From Bispira polyomma (lineage: Eukaryota), in the NCBI GenBank assembly GCA_965649765.1, contig OZ287755.1, forward strand, positions 64,170,001 through 64,234,000: a stretch of 64,000 nucleotides of DNA, in the 5' to 3' direction. Both the position numbers and the translations under genes were made by a program. Positions within the stretch are counted from its first letter, which is position 1; each line of letters starts with the position of its first letter. The notes under the pieces were generated by a model, which was not told the DNA's origin, ran no database searches, and was given only the letters and a program-made list of their open reading frames with translations. This document shows positions 14,000 through 26,240 of this stretch, in pieces.

Positions 14000-15450
14000 A
14001 TTTTTTTTTTCTGGGAAAATATTTTATTCGCCCTTTTTTAACACTAAGAGGGCCTTCATAATACATTTGCTTACGCACTATGAAGTACTGATACTACAAT
14101 CTACTATGACATCTTCACTACTCATGTACATTACAGCTTCTATGAATATATATTATCATTATTTATATACATTATACAATCATTATTAATATCCAAGTAG
14201 AAAATGTCAACAAAGATACTACAAATTTAATCAGACAGGTACGTAGCATTGATATAGAAGCCTGTACAGGTCATACAGAAAAAAAAAAAAACAACAAAAT
14301 TATCTTGCAATTACAAGATAATGCTTTTTCGCAATTGTAACATAGTGCTTTCTGATAATTTCAACATAACACTATCTCATAATTTCAAGATAGTGCTATC
14401 TTGTTATTTAAAGATAACCTTATGTTGAAATTGCGAGATAGCATTGTGTTGAAATTACTAGTTAACCTTATGTTGAAATCACGAGAAAGCAGTATGTTGA
14501 AATTGCGAGACAGCGTTATGTTGAAATTACAAAATATATCTTGTAATTACAAGATGAGTTCTTCTTGTAATTTCAACGTAATTATCATAATTACGAGATA
14601 GTACTATCTTGTAATTACGAGATAGTTTTTTTCTATGACCTGTATAGGCTTCAGTACATTGACAGTTTTTCAATTATTACTTTTATTATGTGTTCAAAAG
14701 TTTTAAACCATTTGTGGTTTAAAAAAAATCAAGCATATACTATAATAATAGTAACAATATCTTTTAACATTTTTAGCAAGGTCAGTGTACTAATATTGTT
14801 CTTAATTTTTTTTTTTTAAATATGACATTTACTATTAACAAAATTACACTTTTTCTTGTTTCATTTAAATAATTTGTATAATCTTTATTTAGTCCAATGA
14901 CAATATAATGCCAGTTTAAATTTTTGTTTTATAATTTTACTTAAACATTTTAACAGATCATGAATATTTATGTATTTACTTTTTGATGTGTCAAAAGTTG
15001 TTGATACTGAGCCAATAATCTTTTTGACTAATAAGTATTTTGCTATCCAGTTTCCTGTTTCGACAAGCGTTTTTAAAAAGTCTTCAAATCCACGTATCCC
15101 ACTAAAACCTAGTTTTTCAGTGTTGTTGCCATCAATTCACTAAGTAAGATTGGATTTTGCATATTTTAAAATACCATGTGTGATTTACACTGATACATGT
15201 TATACCAAGCTGTATTCATCTAAGCTAGATTCAGGTTTAGTGTGTTCAACCTAATTAAATGTCTCTTATACTATTCCTCAGCCATTACATCACTCATTCC
15301 ACAGATGTGACACTACAAACCATCAGCTTATCTTTCAAAAAGGCAAATTTTTGACCAAAAATGTCACAGAATGACAGTGGATCAATATTACAGTTAAGTA
15401 GGTAATCTTAAAAAATCCAAATTTTAAAGCCCACGATAATTCTTAATTCT
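14000..15450 (-). mobile_element. Probable degenerate L1/Tx1-like LINE 3' fragment
   Basis: T-run at the left end (poly(A) on the minus strand), AT-rich 3'UTR-like sequence and stop-ridden coding-like residue (NWIAKYLLVKKII). It separates two duplicated blocks. Confidence 0.4.
14253..14656. mobile_element. MITE with TAY..RTA termini and 6-bp TSD (IS3EU-like)
   Basis: TIRs tatagaagcctgtacaggtcata / tatgacctgtataggcttcagta, flanked by the direct repeat CATTGA (14247-14252 and 14657-14662). The interior is ~21-bp degenerate tandem repeats. Confidence 0.85.
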
Positions 15451-17915
15451 TACTTATATTCAAATCACGTTGGTGATGCATTCCAACAATGACGCTTTAA
15501 CCATATAATCTCCCTTTGTATTTAGGGTCATATGAAATGTGAAATAATTCATATACAGTCTTAGTTTGAGAATTTAGATGTTGTCAAAAACAGGGCCAAT
15601 GAGGTTGTAAGAATACGAGTAATACGAAAATAGCCTCCCATAAATCTGACACACTGATGGTAAAATATGACAGTGACTGCCACACAAAAAAAAATACCCT
15701 TCTTTTGTCTTCCCTTTTATCATTCATCCAAAATGTGGGTTTACTTTGACTCAATTTTGCCATAGCGTGTCAGATTTTGCAAAAGTAGCAAAAATCTTGT
15801 AGTATTGAGAACAGGAAATAACAATATTAAGGCAAGACTTTAGATGACCTTGAATGTTATGCTATTATGTAGATGGCAAATCACCAAGAAAAAATAGACC
15901 CTGAAAGGCTGGACTTTAGAGTGAACTATCTGAGAATAGATGTGTTTTTATCATGGTGGGTTTTTGTGTATTTTATTGACATTTATGAATCTCACCCAAA
16001 GGTCAATGTAGATGGGTTTCTTGATGTAGACAGTGATGGATATCGTTGGGAAGACAGGAAATTGTTTTTTTTTATTTAGTAGATAGTCTCGAGAAGTAAT
16101 TGGACGCAAATATTACTCATATACATTTTTGGTACACTGTGTTTTGCACCTGGTAATATTATACAAGTGACAGAAATCCTGAATTTCAAACCTCTATTTG
16201 TAAAATGTACAAAACATCTTAATTCCATCTTTTTGAAGGCAAAAAATGCCTGACATGTGAAAGTACCAGAAGTTAAGTCCTTACCTAAATGCCTTATTTT
16301 TAATAGAGAAATGTTCATAGTCTCCCTGTTTAATTGAATTGTGTACATATATAAATATGTTTAATCAGGAGGAATTTTACAACCTTATTATTGGTTTCTG
16401 TCTAAAATACTGAGTTATTGTTTTATACCATATTCCCCCTAAAAGAGTATTCTGATATTCCCATTATTATTACATTGGCATCTATTACTATTACATTTTA
16501 AAGTTTGAAATCTATTACTATCACATTGCCATCTATTAGTATTGCATTGTATACTTTAAAATCTATTACTGTATATTCTATACTTATCGTATTAGAATTT
16601 GTTAAAAGCTTAATAAATCAGATACAAAACAGTTTAAGAAATCTATGTATATCAATCAGGCAATACTATATTGACATTTTCTTAGATCAACCGCTAAACC
16701 TTCTATCACAGATAAAATGTAACAAAGAAAGGGCACACATCAGAATATCATCATCATCAAAAAATCAGAATAGATGTGGATGGGTTCTAACATGAAATAA
16801 TTTTAATCATAAAAAGATAGTGAAAATATAAAAAAATGTTGAAAAGGCTTCATTTAAATATTCTTTAAAATCTCAGTGTTGTGAGTAAAAATCTTACAAT
16901 ATGTAATACTTCATACAGTGTCACAGTGTGAGTAAATATGCATTATAAGATAAACTAGTAATATATATATACTTACAATATGACCATTACAGGTATAGCA
17001 TTACTTTAAAGTTGGTTCCATCGAAGTTTTGTAAAACTGGGCCTAAATTAGAGCAGAAATCACTTTCAAAACCAGCAAGAGGGGGAAATCAGTCATTACC
17101 ATATGTGCTACTGTTGATGAAAGGCGCTTTCGTTCAATGAAAATAATTAGTAATTCAAAATTGGTTCACTTTATTATGTGCCATGAGGATACATGTAAAT
17201 CAACTTTAAAGGCGTGTTCACTTGGCAACTAGGAAATGAATTTCATGGGCCTGTGCTCTAAAAGCACAAAACTAAAGAAAAAAACCCCAAAAAACTTTGA
17301 TCAAGGTTTTCCTACAGTTTGCTTCTTTTTTGTGGCCCTGAATTCTGTTTTATCGAAAGGTTTTGGGGAAAGTGCAATAAATTCATTGTTACACTCGAGT
17401 TGATGTTGGAAATAATCACTTTATATTTTACTGCAGGCTGTTTTTGGAAAATTTATTGTGGCCTCCTTCAGGAGTATCAGGGTCCCATATCTGTCACCGC
17501 GGTGGCTTGTAACAATGCTTCAACTTCACATCTATTACATTACTACAATTTAGCTGTCAGAGGAATGATAAAAGCTGGCATAACAAGTAATACTAAAGTC
17601 AATGTGGTTGCCATGTTCAAGGCTTATACATGTATGCTATAATGTTGTGGTATTGCATATATATTTTCAGAATCGGGGTAGTATAAGTAAAGTGATCTTC
17701 TGTGACCTGGTGGTTAGAAAGTTGATTTGGTGACCAGAAGGTCCCAGGTTCAAGTTTGGTTGGGGGAGTTGGTCTGGTGATCATAAGGCACCAGGTTCAA
17801 CTACCGGCTAGGGCAGTTTGTCTAGTTATCGGAAAGTGCCCCTGTTCAACTCCCGTTAATGCTGCTAGGTTTGTTGGTAGGACAACAAGACGTGAAGACC
17901 CCACTGCCTGCTGAT

Positions 17916-19929
17916 AATAATATAATTGAACCATTTATATAGCGCCAAATTGATGAAAACATCCTCTAAGGCGCTGGTATGCAAAAAGGGATAATCAAGG
18001 GGCAAGCAAAGGTCGTTACCAAAAAGCATCCACCAAGGGAAGGGTGACTAAGGAGGGGGGTAGGCCAGTCTGTAAAGGTACGTTTTCAGATGGCTTCTAA
18101 AACCAGAAATTTTATCCTGTGATCTGACAGTATGAGGGAGTTTGTTCCATTCAACAGGAGCTGCAACGGCAAAACAGCGCCTACCGATTTTTCTGTTTGG
18201 TTGGGTTGAGGAGACGGAGAGGCGGTTTCCCCGGGTAAGGCTACTAGATTTGATAAGTGAGGAGAGATAGGGAGGTTGGTTGAGTTTGATGGCTTTAAAC
18301 ACAAGAAGGTTGTATTTAAAGAGAATGCGCTGTTCGACAGGTAGCCAATGGAGTTTCTTTAGGTAGGGTGAGATATGGCTAAATTTGCTAAGCCTGTACA
18401 CAATACGGCAGAGGGCATTTTGAACTCTTTGGAGCCTTGTTATGTTGGCCTTATTTATACCGTACAGCAAGGAGTTGCAGTAGTCTAGCCGGCTGCTCAC
18501 CATTGCGTTAGCCACTTGCACCGCAGTTTCGTGACTGAGGTACCTGCGTATTCTGCGCAGATCGCGTAGATGGTAGTAACAGGCTCAGCAGACACTAGCT
18601 ACATGACTACTGAAAGAGTTCTCTTGGTCGAAAATAACACCAAGGTTTTTGACTTTACTTGATGGTGACATATTGTTGTTTAGTAGACTGATTGGAAATA
18701 ATGGTTTGCAGCTGTCTCGAGTCGAGTTTTCACCTATAGTGATGAATTCGGTTTTATCTGGGTTGAGTTTAAGCTTGACGCTTTCCATCCATGTTTGCAC
18801 AGCCTCGAGGCATTTTGCCAACTCTGATATGCTTGAGTGAAAATTTCTAGCATCTATCGCCAAGTATATTTGTGTGTCGTCAGCATACAGGTGGTGGGTG
18901 ACATTAAACTGAGAAATTATTTTACTGAGGGGAGTGGTGTACATGGTGAAAAGAAGAGGGCCCAATACAGAACCTTGTGGGACACCGTGTGATAGTGAGA
19001 AAGCTTCTGAGAAACTGTCGCCAATTTAGATTTTTTGCTTTCTGCGGTGTAAGTAGGACCGAATCCAACTAAAGACAGTGCCATTGATGCCAAACCAATC
19101 AGTCATACAATTAAAAAGGATAGTATGGTCGATGGTGTCAAAGGCAGCAGACAGGTCCAAGAGTGTGAGTGCAACTGCTTTACCGTTGTCAACATTGGCA
19201 GATATATCATTTTGAATTTTCAACAGGGGCAAAGATGGGAAGATGGGAAGGTGCCTTCCTGGAGTGAAAGATTAATGATACTAGTAATGGGTGTGATAAG
19301 GATGTCGAAACTTAAGTCTTGGCAATTTTCGATGGAAATTTTGACAGATGTGTGTTCGAATGAGTTAAAAGTGCTGGAAGAGGTTGTTTTATAGTTTAAA
19401 TCCTGACGTATAAAAAATCCCACTCCACCGCCCCGTTTTTCAGCGCGTGGAAGGTGGGTGAAATTGAAACCAGGGGGGGGTGATTTCTCTGATGAAGTTC
19501 TCCATGTCAGATGGTCTGAGCCATGTCTCAGTGACAGCGACGACGTCCAGCTTGTTAGTTTGGACGAAGTCGCAAAAAGCGGCACCCTTGCTTCTAATTG
19601 ATCTGACATTTATGAGATACACATTTAAATTTGATGTGTTGGGCCCAGGATTGATACAGACATCACCCGACAATATTAAAAGCATAGAGACCCATGGGTT
19701 GACATTTCGGTAGGTATGAGTCACTAACCGACAATGGCTTTGGAATGCAAGGAAGGCAGAGTTAAGTTGGTTTAAGCTGGGGTGAAAGCTGGGATCAATG
19801 TCAAGAGTAGTGTGTTTCGAGAAGTTGTTGCGGAGTACTGGGTTTGGTTTACCCATAAGGGTAATAAAAAGGAGCCAGAAAATGAGGTGCATTTTCTAGC
19901 CAGAAGAAAACAACAGCAGTCAACAGCAG
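17916..19929 (-). mobile_element. L2-clade (CR1 group) LINE, internally deleted and frameshifted: leader, 2A-like peptide, APE endonuclease, RT
   Basis: LLILSGDVCINPGP; EN motifs NVRSI, VAVTETWL, RGGGVG; RT motifs [43 protein letters not shown]2-type 3' end agcgcc..ggcgctatataaat plus (TTA)-like tail. TGAT duplication at 17912-15 and 19930-33. The empty site is visible in the paralog at ~26985. Confidence 0.93.
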
Positions 19930-20394
19930 TGATGACAACCCAGACTATGTTCTAGGACTATCCCTCTAGGAGAACGAATGCCTTAGAAGATGATATATAT
20001 CAATAAGGCCCAACAATACAGATGCTTCAATAATTAAATAACAATAAAGATTAAAACTCACACAGATGTGTATGTCCAGGCATACACCTAAGTGTAACGA
20101 AAACCTATGCCTATATTGATCTTTTTTATGCGAGGCAACTTTTAAGCCACAACAGAATCAATTAACCAATCAAGAGGTAAAAAACCCAGCATAGCGAGGT
20201 CATAAAGAAGGGATGTGGGGTGTACAGGGAGGGAAATTAAAGGGGTAAGAGACTTTGAAGTTTTGAACCAATCAAGAAATATGTATTATGTATGCATTAG
20301 TTATAAGCCCCCTCCAATGTAGCTTTTCTACAAAATACACTGGGTAAGCATTTTATGCAATGCCTGACTTTTACAGAAATTTGAATTTAGTTGG

Positions 20395-20585
20395 GTTTGA
20401 CAGTACTTGCACTAACTTAGATCATCACATCATGACGGCCAGTTTTAATGATGGAAGAAACCTGTGCTGGAGCACTGTAAACCACATGCAAGTACCTGAC
20501 TTTCCCACAGAAGGAACCCACGTTGGTGAGAGGCCAGTGATTATAAAGCAACTGATTCTAACCACTAGACCACCACAGCCGCTGT
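20395..20585 (-). mobile_element. Degenerate tRNA-derived SINE
   Basis: Minus-strand tRNA-like head (gtggtggtctagtggttag) and body similar to 6678-6927. Confidence 0.6.
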
Positions 20586-21812
20586 TTAAATGTTCAAAGC
20601 ATTGGCTGCAATAGAAAAGGCTGCAATTGATAGCTTAAATTGAGATTTTCCTGTAAATAAACTATACCGTCTTTTGATGATTAAGCACAGCTGTTGAAAC
20701 AAATGGGGGAGTATTGTATCTGATCTACAGGAAATAATTGGTATGGCAATGGTGACGTAGGTATGTCGTCATTAGGTAACTCAAAAACTCACAGGTGAAA
20801 CAGATTCTAGAGTTGTCTGCTAAATAAACAATTTATTTGTCTACCAGAAATTACTGTTTACATGCTTTTTCCCTTTAGATTTATATTGAAGCAGTTTTCT
20901 CTTCTGTGTCAGTTTGAAAAGAATGCAAGGAATTGTGGAGGATGTTTTTACACTGTGCTGTAGGAATAGCATTCCACTAGATAATGAGGTGTATCTGTGG
21001 GGAACGTATTGATATAGGGAAAAAATAAAGAAATGCAGCAATGTGTATCAATTTAGAGCTTTGCTGGCACAATCGAACTTTATGGAACAGTGTATACAAT
21101 AAATGTTTGAATTTTGGTGATGGCAGAAAAGCTGCTCTCAAATTACAATACCTAAGTTGCCATGATACTAAAGGGGATTGATGTATGTTCAAAGTAAAAC
21201 TATACTTGACTGGAATATTCCATTTTTAGGTATTGATTTTACTCTTAGTTGAAAAATGGTTCATAAAGAAGAATACAAACAAAATGAAAAAAAGTATCTA
21301 AATGTTTGCTATTATTAAAGAATACACTTCTGCGACCTTTGTAATTCGATGGGATATATGGACAATTCTTTAAAATGTTTTGGAAAGGTTTTGAACAAAT
21401 TTTTAAAATGTCTCACTAAAATAGATGCTCATAACTTTATATCCACTAGATTGAAAGTTTTACTTTTACATTTTGAAAATTACATTTTGCAACACTAATA
21501 AATTCGCTAGTTTCCATCACACTAAAGTGATTTGAAGTGAATGTTAAAAATACAACTATCCTCTATTATAATTGCTAAATTATAAAGTGAGAAAACTACC
21601 ACCTTACAGAGTAATGCATGTCATTTGTTATGAGAATTGTAACTCAAACACCCTATTCACTTATGAAAGAAATTGTCGTGCATGTAAACTCAGTGCCTCT
21701 CCCCTTAGTTTATAACTTTAAAAGTCAGTAAAAAGAAGTCGTTTGGGAATATTGGTTTTATTTTTTACTACTACATGTGTTATATCTAGTATGCTATTTA
21801 CAATTAATGTAA

Positions 21813-21968
21813 TAAGGCCATCTTAGGTTAAGGTATGAGGTTTGAGGTAACTTTAACCTTAAGTTAAGATTATTAATTGAAGGTAACCTTAATTTGAGAA
21901 TTTAATACATGAGTAAATACAAATTACAGTGACAATAATTTTACTAGGTTTGCTTAAAGGTGACCTTA
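21813..21968. mobile_element. Short MITE-like element (taaggcc...ggtgacctta)
   Basis: Imperfect TIRs and internal aaggtaacctta motifs. Same family as 59104-59302. Confidence 0.55.
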
Positions 21969-22923
21969 AGATTTTAACTTTAAATCTTAGAGTAGTTAAT
22001 CCAAAAAGCCTTAGCTTTAAGTAGCATATTAGCGATATTTTGCTAATATGATTGCTTTGCATAAGGATACAGCTCTTTTGGTCCTAAACCATCAATACTG
22101 GTTCAACCTATATGATTATTTATCATAGTAGCAAGACATGTTATAGTGATGAAGAGCCTTCCTGTATCATTATATTCCTTGTAAGAGGGATAAGGCTTAA
22201 CTAAACACAGACAAATTGCTCGCAGGCAAGTTATTAGTGCTTGGAAAAGTACCAGTAAGTTGTTTTAGTGGAAGCAACAGAAAATATCATATATATTTAT
22301 TAGTGTTGCACATCTAAAAAGACCAATATCTTCTATTTATTATTGGCTATATAAATGTTCGTTAATAATAATATTTAGAAATGAGTAAAGTGTAATTTGA
22401 TTTAAATATAACATGACAGAATAAATATCTTCCACAATCCTATAACACATTTCTATGCTAAAAATTAACTCTGAATAAAAATCCAGAACAATATTGTTTG
22501 CGGGGCATAAGTTTAATGATTTATGGTACACAGTGTATTTTCGTTTCGTCTTCTTTGTAGAATGTATCTTTTGTCTTCTATAAAATGTATGTGTAGCTTG
22601 CGTCTCAAAAGAATTTTATAGTGATGTGACCTATTACTTTGATCTTTTATGTCTATAAAATCTATGTGTACTTAAATATATCTATTTGTCAGCTTAATCC
22701 TCAAGTGTAGCAGATCAATTTTTTTTTCCCGTTTTAACAAGTATAGAATTTTTGAAGGATCATTAGTAAAGTCGATTTACTATTTTTGTAGATGACCAAT
22801 TGCATTGCAAAAAAAAAAAAAACAATCAAGAAGTCTAAAAACATAGCCAGGTGTCAGGAATGATGTGGACGTATACAAGGGGGTAAGCTGGTTTGACAAG
22901 ATAGGTTTAAATTTTCCGAGAAC

Positions 22924-23020
22924 CTAAATGTTTGAATGTGATATTACCTCAACTGGAAGACCATTCCATAACATAAGGGCAGAGACTGGGAAAGCTCTAG
23001 ATCCAGCCCTAACAATAAAT
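22924..23020 (-). mobile_element. L2/CR1 ORF2 C-terminal fragment (duplicated at ~27550-27630)
   Basis: RAGSRAFPVSALMLWNGLP resembles GRRCFAVAAPVEWNKLP of the L2 at 18 kb. Confidence 0.6.
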
Positions 23021-25249
23021 TTGTATTTATTGTCTTTAACTTCTTTTTGGCCTTGCAGTGGTTTGGAGGTAATAGTCTGTAAGATATTATTTGACACTGT
23101 TAGATTAATAATGCAAGTTTTCTTTATTTTACTCCTCGGGGAAAAAAGGTGTTCCAACAACCCAAGTGGATGTTAATGCTCAATGTTGGCCTGCTTTGCA
23201 AACTTATGGCTATTAGTGCTTTAAAATATCACAAAAATCTCTTTATTTGGGTTAAATTTAGTCAATCCACTAGCTTCAAGTTGAATATTAATGGACAAAA
23301 CTTAAAAAAACCCTTAAATATTTGGTTTCTTTTAGTTAGGGGGGGGATACATCTTAGATGCATAATAAACAGAGCGATTAACTTAATAGCTTCTACAGAT
23401 CCCCACTAAAGTTTTCCCGCTGTCTTGGGTTAGTTGATCAAGGGATCAAGACATCCCCAAAACATGGGCAATATACTGAGGGGGGGGGGGGGGGGGGGAC
23501 GGGGGTAGAGCTGCAGTTGAACCAAAAATGGATAAAATGGCCAAATTGATCCTTGGCTGTAGTGGGTTTATTGCGGCAATTAGGGGTGATAGATATTCAA
23601 CTCTCATCAATACCCTCACTTTATGCTTGAGTAAGTTGTGTTTGTTTGTTTGGGGGGGCCCATTTACCTCTTTGGGTCTCAAGTAATTATTTCCCCATTT
23701 ATTGGCCAATAAGCCAGTTAAGTGATGACTATAGAAAACAAATTGCAGTGTGAGAAATAATGGTTGTTAAGGGGACAGTATGGTGTTGGGGGGATGGGGG
23801 TGGGGGGGGGACGCTACATTTGTGAAGTGGTTCTTAGACATTTTCTTTTAAAGATAGTTATTAATTAGATATATCACATGGTGTACTAACAAATGAGGAT
23901 ATATATATTGCATGGGCAAAGGGTTACATAAAATGATGGAAAAGATTTTTTATCGAAACAAAGTGACAAATGTATGCATGTACATGTATATATATAGGAC
24001 AAGAAATTTGATCAGTCCTCCATCTGCAACAGAAATACTGATAAAGCAACACTCAATACGGTTAAATCCCTCCTTTCGCCAGCATTCATTTTTAACATTT
24101 ATATTTTCTGAGACCTTATTTACAAATAAACCCACAGGCTGTATCTGTAAAGGTAGTGACAAGTGACAAAAAAAATAATTATAGGTTTTTAATCGAATTA
24201 CAAACCTATTGTTCAGTTTTAAAATTACTCACTTGTTTTTTAGTTTGATTCCACTAGGTAAGATTTTAACCGTCAAAACTTTTGTTTTGAGCAAAAGAAA
24301 TCATTTATTTATATCACTTCCAACTCCAGATATTCAATTTGGTGGTTTAAGGTTTTAGTAACGTAAACACATAAACGGGCCGGAAATAAAGCATGCTATT
24401 TTTACAAGAGCCATTTCTACTCTGTATATCAACTATGAGGACTTTAAAAGTACACTTTAGTAAGGTTTTTAGCCATTTTTATGTGTCCAGACAATTCAAA
24501 AGGTTAATAATATGCTACAAAACTATAAAAACACCCATATAGCCATCCCTGTGTTGTGACGTCACAAAATTTGAAAATCTATGTAGAACGTCATATTTGT
24601 AAACAAGTCTTGGAGAGAGCCCTTTCTATTGTGACATAATACGAGTATTGATCCAGCATATATCAGTACAAGATATATGCTACACAACTTTATAAAACAT
24701 GTATATTGTTTTGAATGAATTACATTTTTAAATATGTCTCCTTATGTTATATAAACGAAGAATACAAAGTATCTTTCTATTTAGAAGAGTGTAACTTTGA
24801 AGTTTTACTAAAATTATCCCCGTTTTTGTACTTTTATTAAAAACGATTCATTCAAAATGTTGCTGATGTTTTCTTTTTTCTAGTCATGTACAATACTTCA
24901 GTATTGATGCCTTCTTGGTATATGAATTGTGTCACGTTTGTGAAGCGTGTACTTTGAAAATATTACCCATTTTAGTTTCAATTTTACACACTACTATATG
25001 CATTGTATGTCTCAAAATATGTATTAAAATGACACATAAAATATATGAATTAGTATATTATTAAAATAGATGTCATGCTTTATTATTTCTACTCATGAAC
25101 ATGTTGATATGTTATCTATAAACGGAGTTTAAGGCCACAAAGAAAAAGTGGTGTAGTTTCTGAGAAGCTCAAGCACACATAACGTGGTTATCCGCGATCG
25201 TCTTTTGTGTTTACGTTACTAAAGCCTTAAACATGGTAAGCTTTCAAAA

Positions 25250-26240
25250 TTATAACACGGCAGTAAAAGTCACCTTGGTGAACAGAATAATTTTTGATTC
25301 AGGGGCAGACTAGGTAAAATTAGTTAAAAGTTGTGTGACACATATTAGCTGCAGAAGTAAAAATCCATTACATTAGAAGTAAAAATGTTCTCAATTCTTA
25401 GATATCATTGTGTTACCTTCTGAAACCTGGAACCTTTGGGGAAGGATTATCTAGTCCTCTCTGGTATAACCATAGACTAACAAGTACTCCTCTATTCTTC
25501 CCACATTGGTTTGAAAATAATATAATTTACATAAGGGATATAGTGGACCCAGAGTCAAGGAATGTACTCAATTTTGAAAAGATAAATTCCAAATTTGGCT
25601 CGATCAAAGCAAACTACCTGGAGTACTATAGAATTAAATCTTTGCTAAATAAGTATATAGATACATTGAAAAAGAAGGACGCTGAAAGTCCCTTTCTAAG
25701 GCCAGTTCATCCATTCCATATAAGAATTTTTTCCAAGAATAATAAGGGTAGTTGAGTTCCATATAAAGTTTTTAATTGTTCCAAAATGTGTTGTGTAATG
25801 ACAAAAGGAACACAGATTTGAATCTTAATATTGATATAGCTGGTTGGAAGTTTGCATATATAACTTGTTTTTGAACTGGGATAGATAATCATTTAATTTG
25901 GTGTCAGTGTGGATATCCTAACACCTCGTCTTGGAGTTCTATGTTTTCTGAAACAAATCAATATCTTGGCAAGTGCAAAGTGTAGACTATGTAACTTAGA
26001 AGAAGAATCAATTATCCATTTGTTTATGAGATGTAATGTGTCCAATAGAATATGGAAACAGATAACATGCTGAATTTTAAATGTTTTGAATATAAGAATT
26101 ACTTTCACTGACTACTTTATTATAATGGGCTATCCTTATTTCGATCAAAACTTTACACCTGTTAACACATAAATATTACCTTTCCCAATTTACTAAATTG
26201 AATAACATAAATGTATTTTCATGTTATACAAATAAAATAA
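25250..26240 (+). mobile_element. Degenerate L1/Tx1-like LINE ORF2 C-terminal fragment
   Basis: PLWYN...WFENNIIYIRDIV...NYLEYY, and later the zinc-knuckle CRLCNLEEESIIHLFMRC..RIWK. Stops present. Confidence 0.8.

Noticed and set aside
14300-14630. CRISPR-like or coding repeat (ORF 14401-14601)
   Set aside because: Degenerate tandem units without unique spacers, inside a MITE, in eukaryotic DNA.
17493-17506. Apparent compensatory change cactgcagtg versus caccgcggtg among copies
   Set aside because: Explainable by CpG deamination on both strands of CCGCGG. The palindrome plus CTTGT also resembles a Helitron-type end, so it is not evidence of RNA covariation.
17319-17642. 107-aa ORF covering the conserved duplicated core
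   Set aside because: Non-ATG start, and the paralogous copies have indels and stops in this frame.
23500-23640. Possible exon ending in GA|GTAAGT, duplicated at ~28030-28170
   Set aside because: Reading frame not preserved between the two copies and no recognisable protein similarity.
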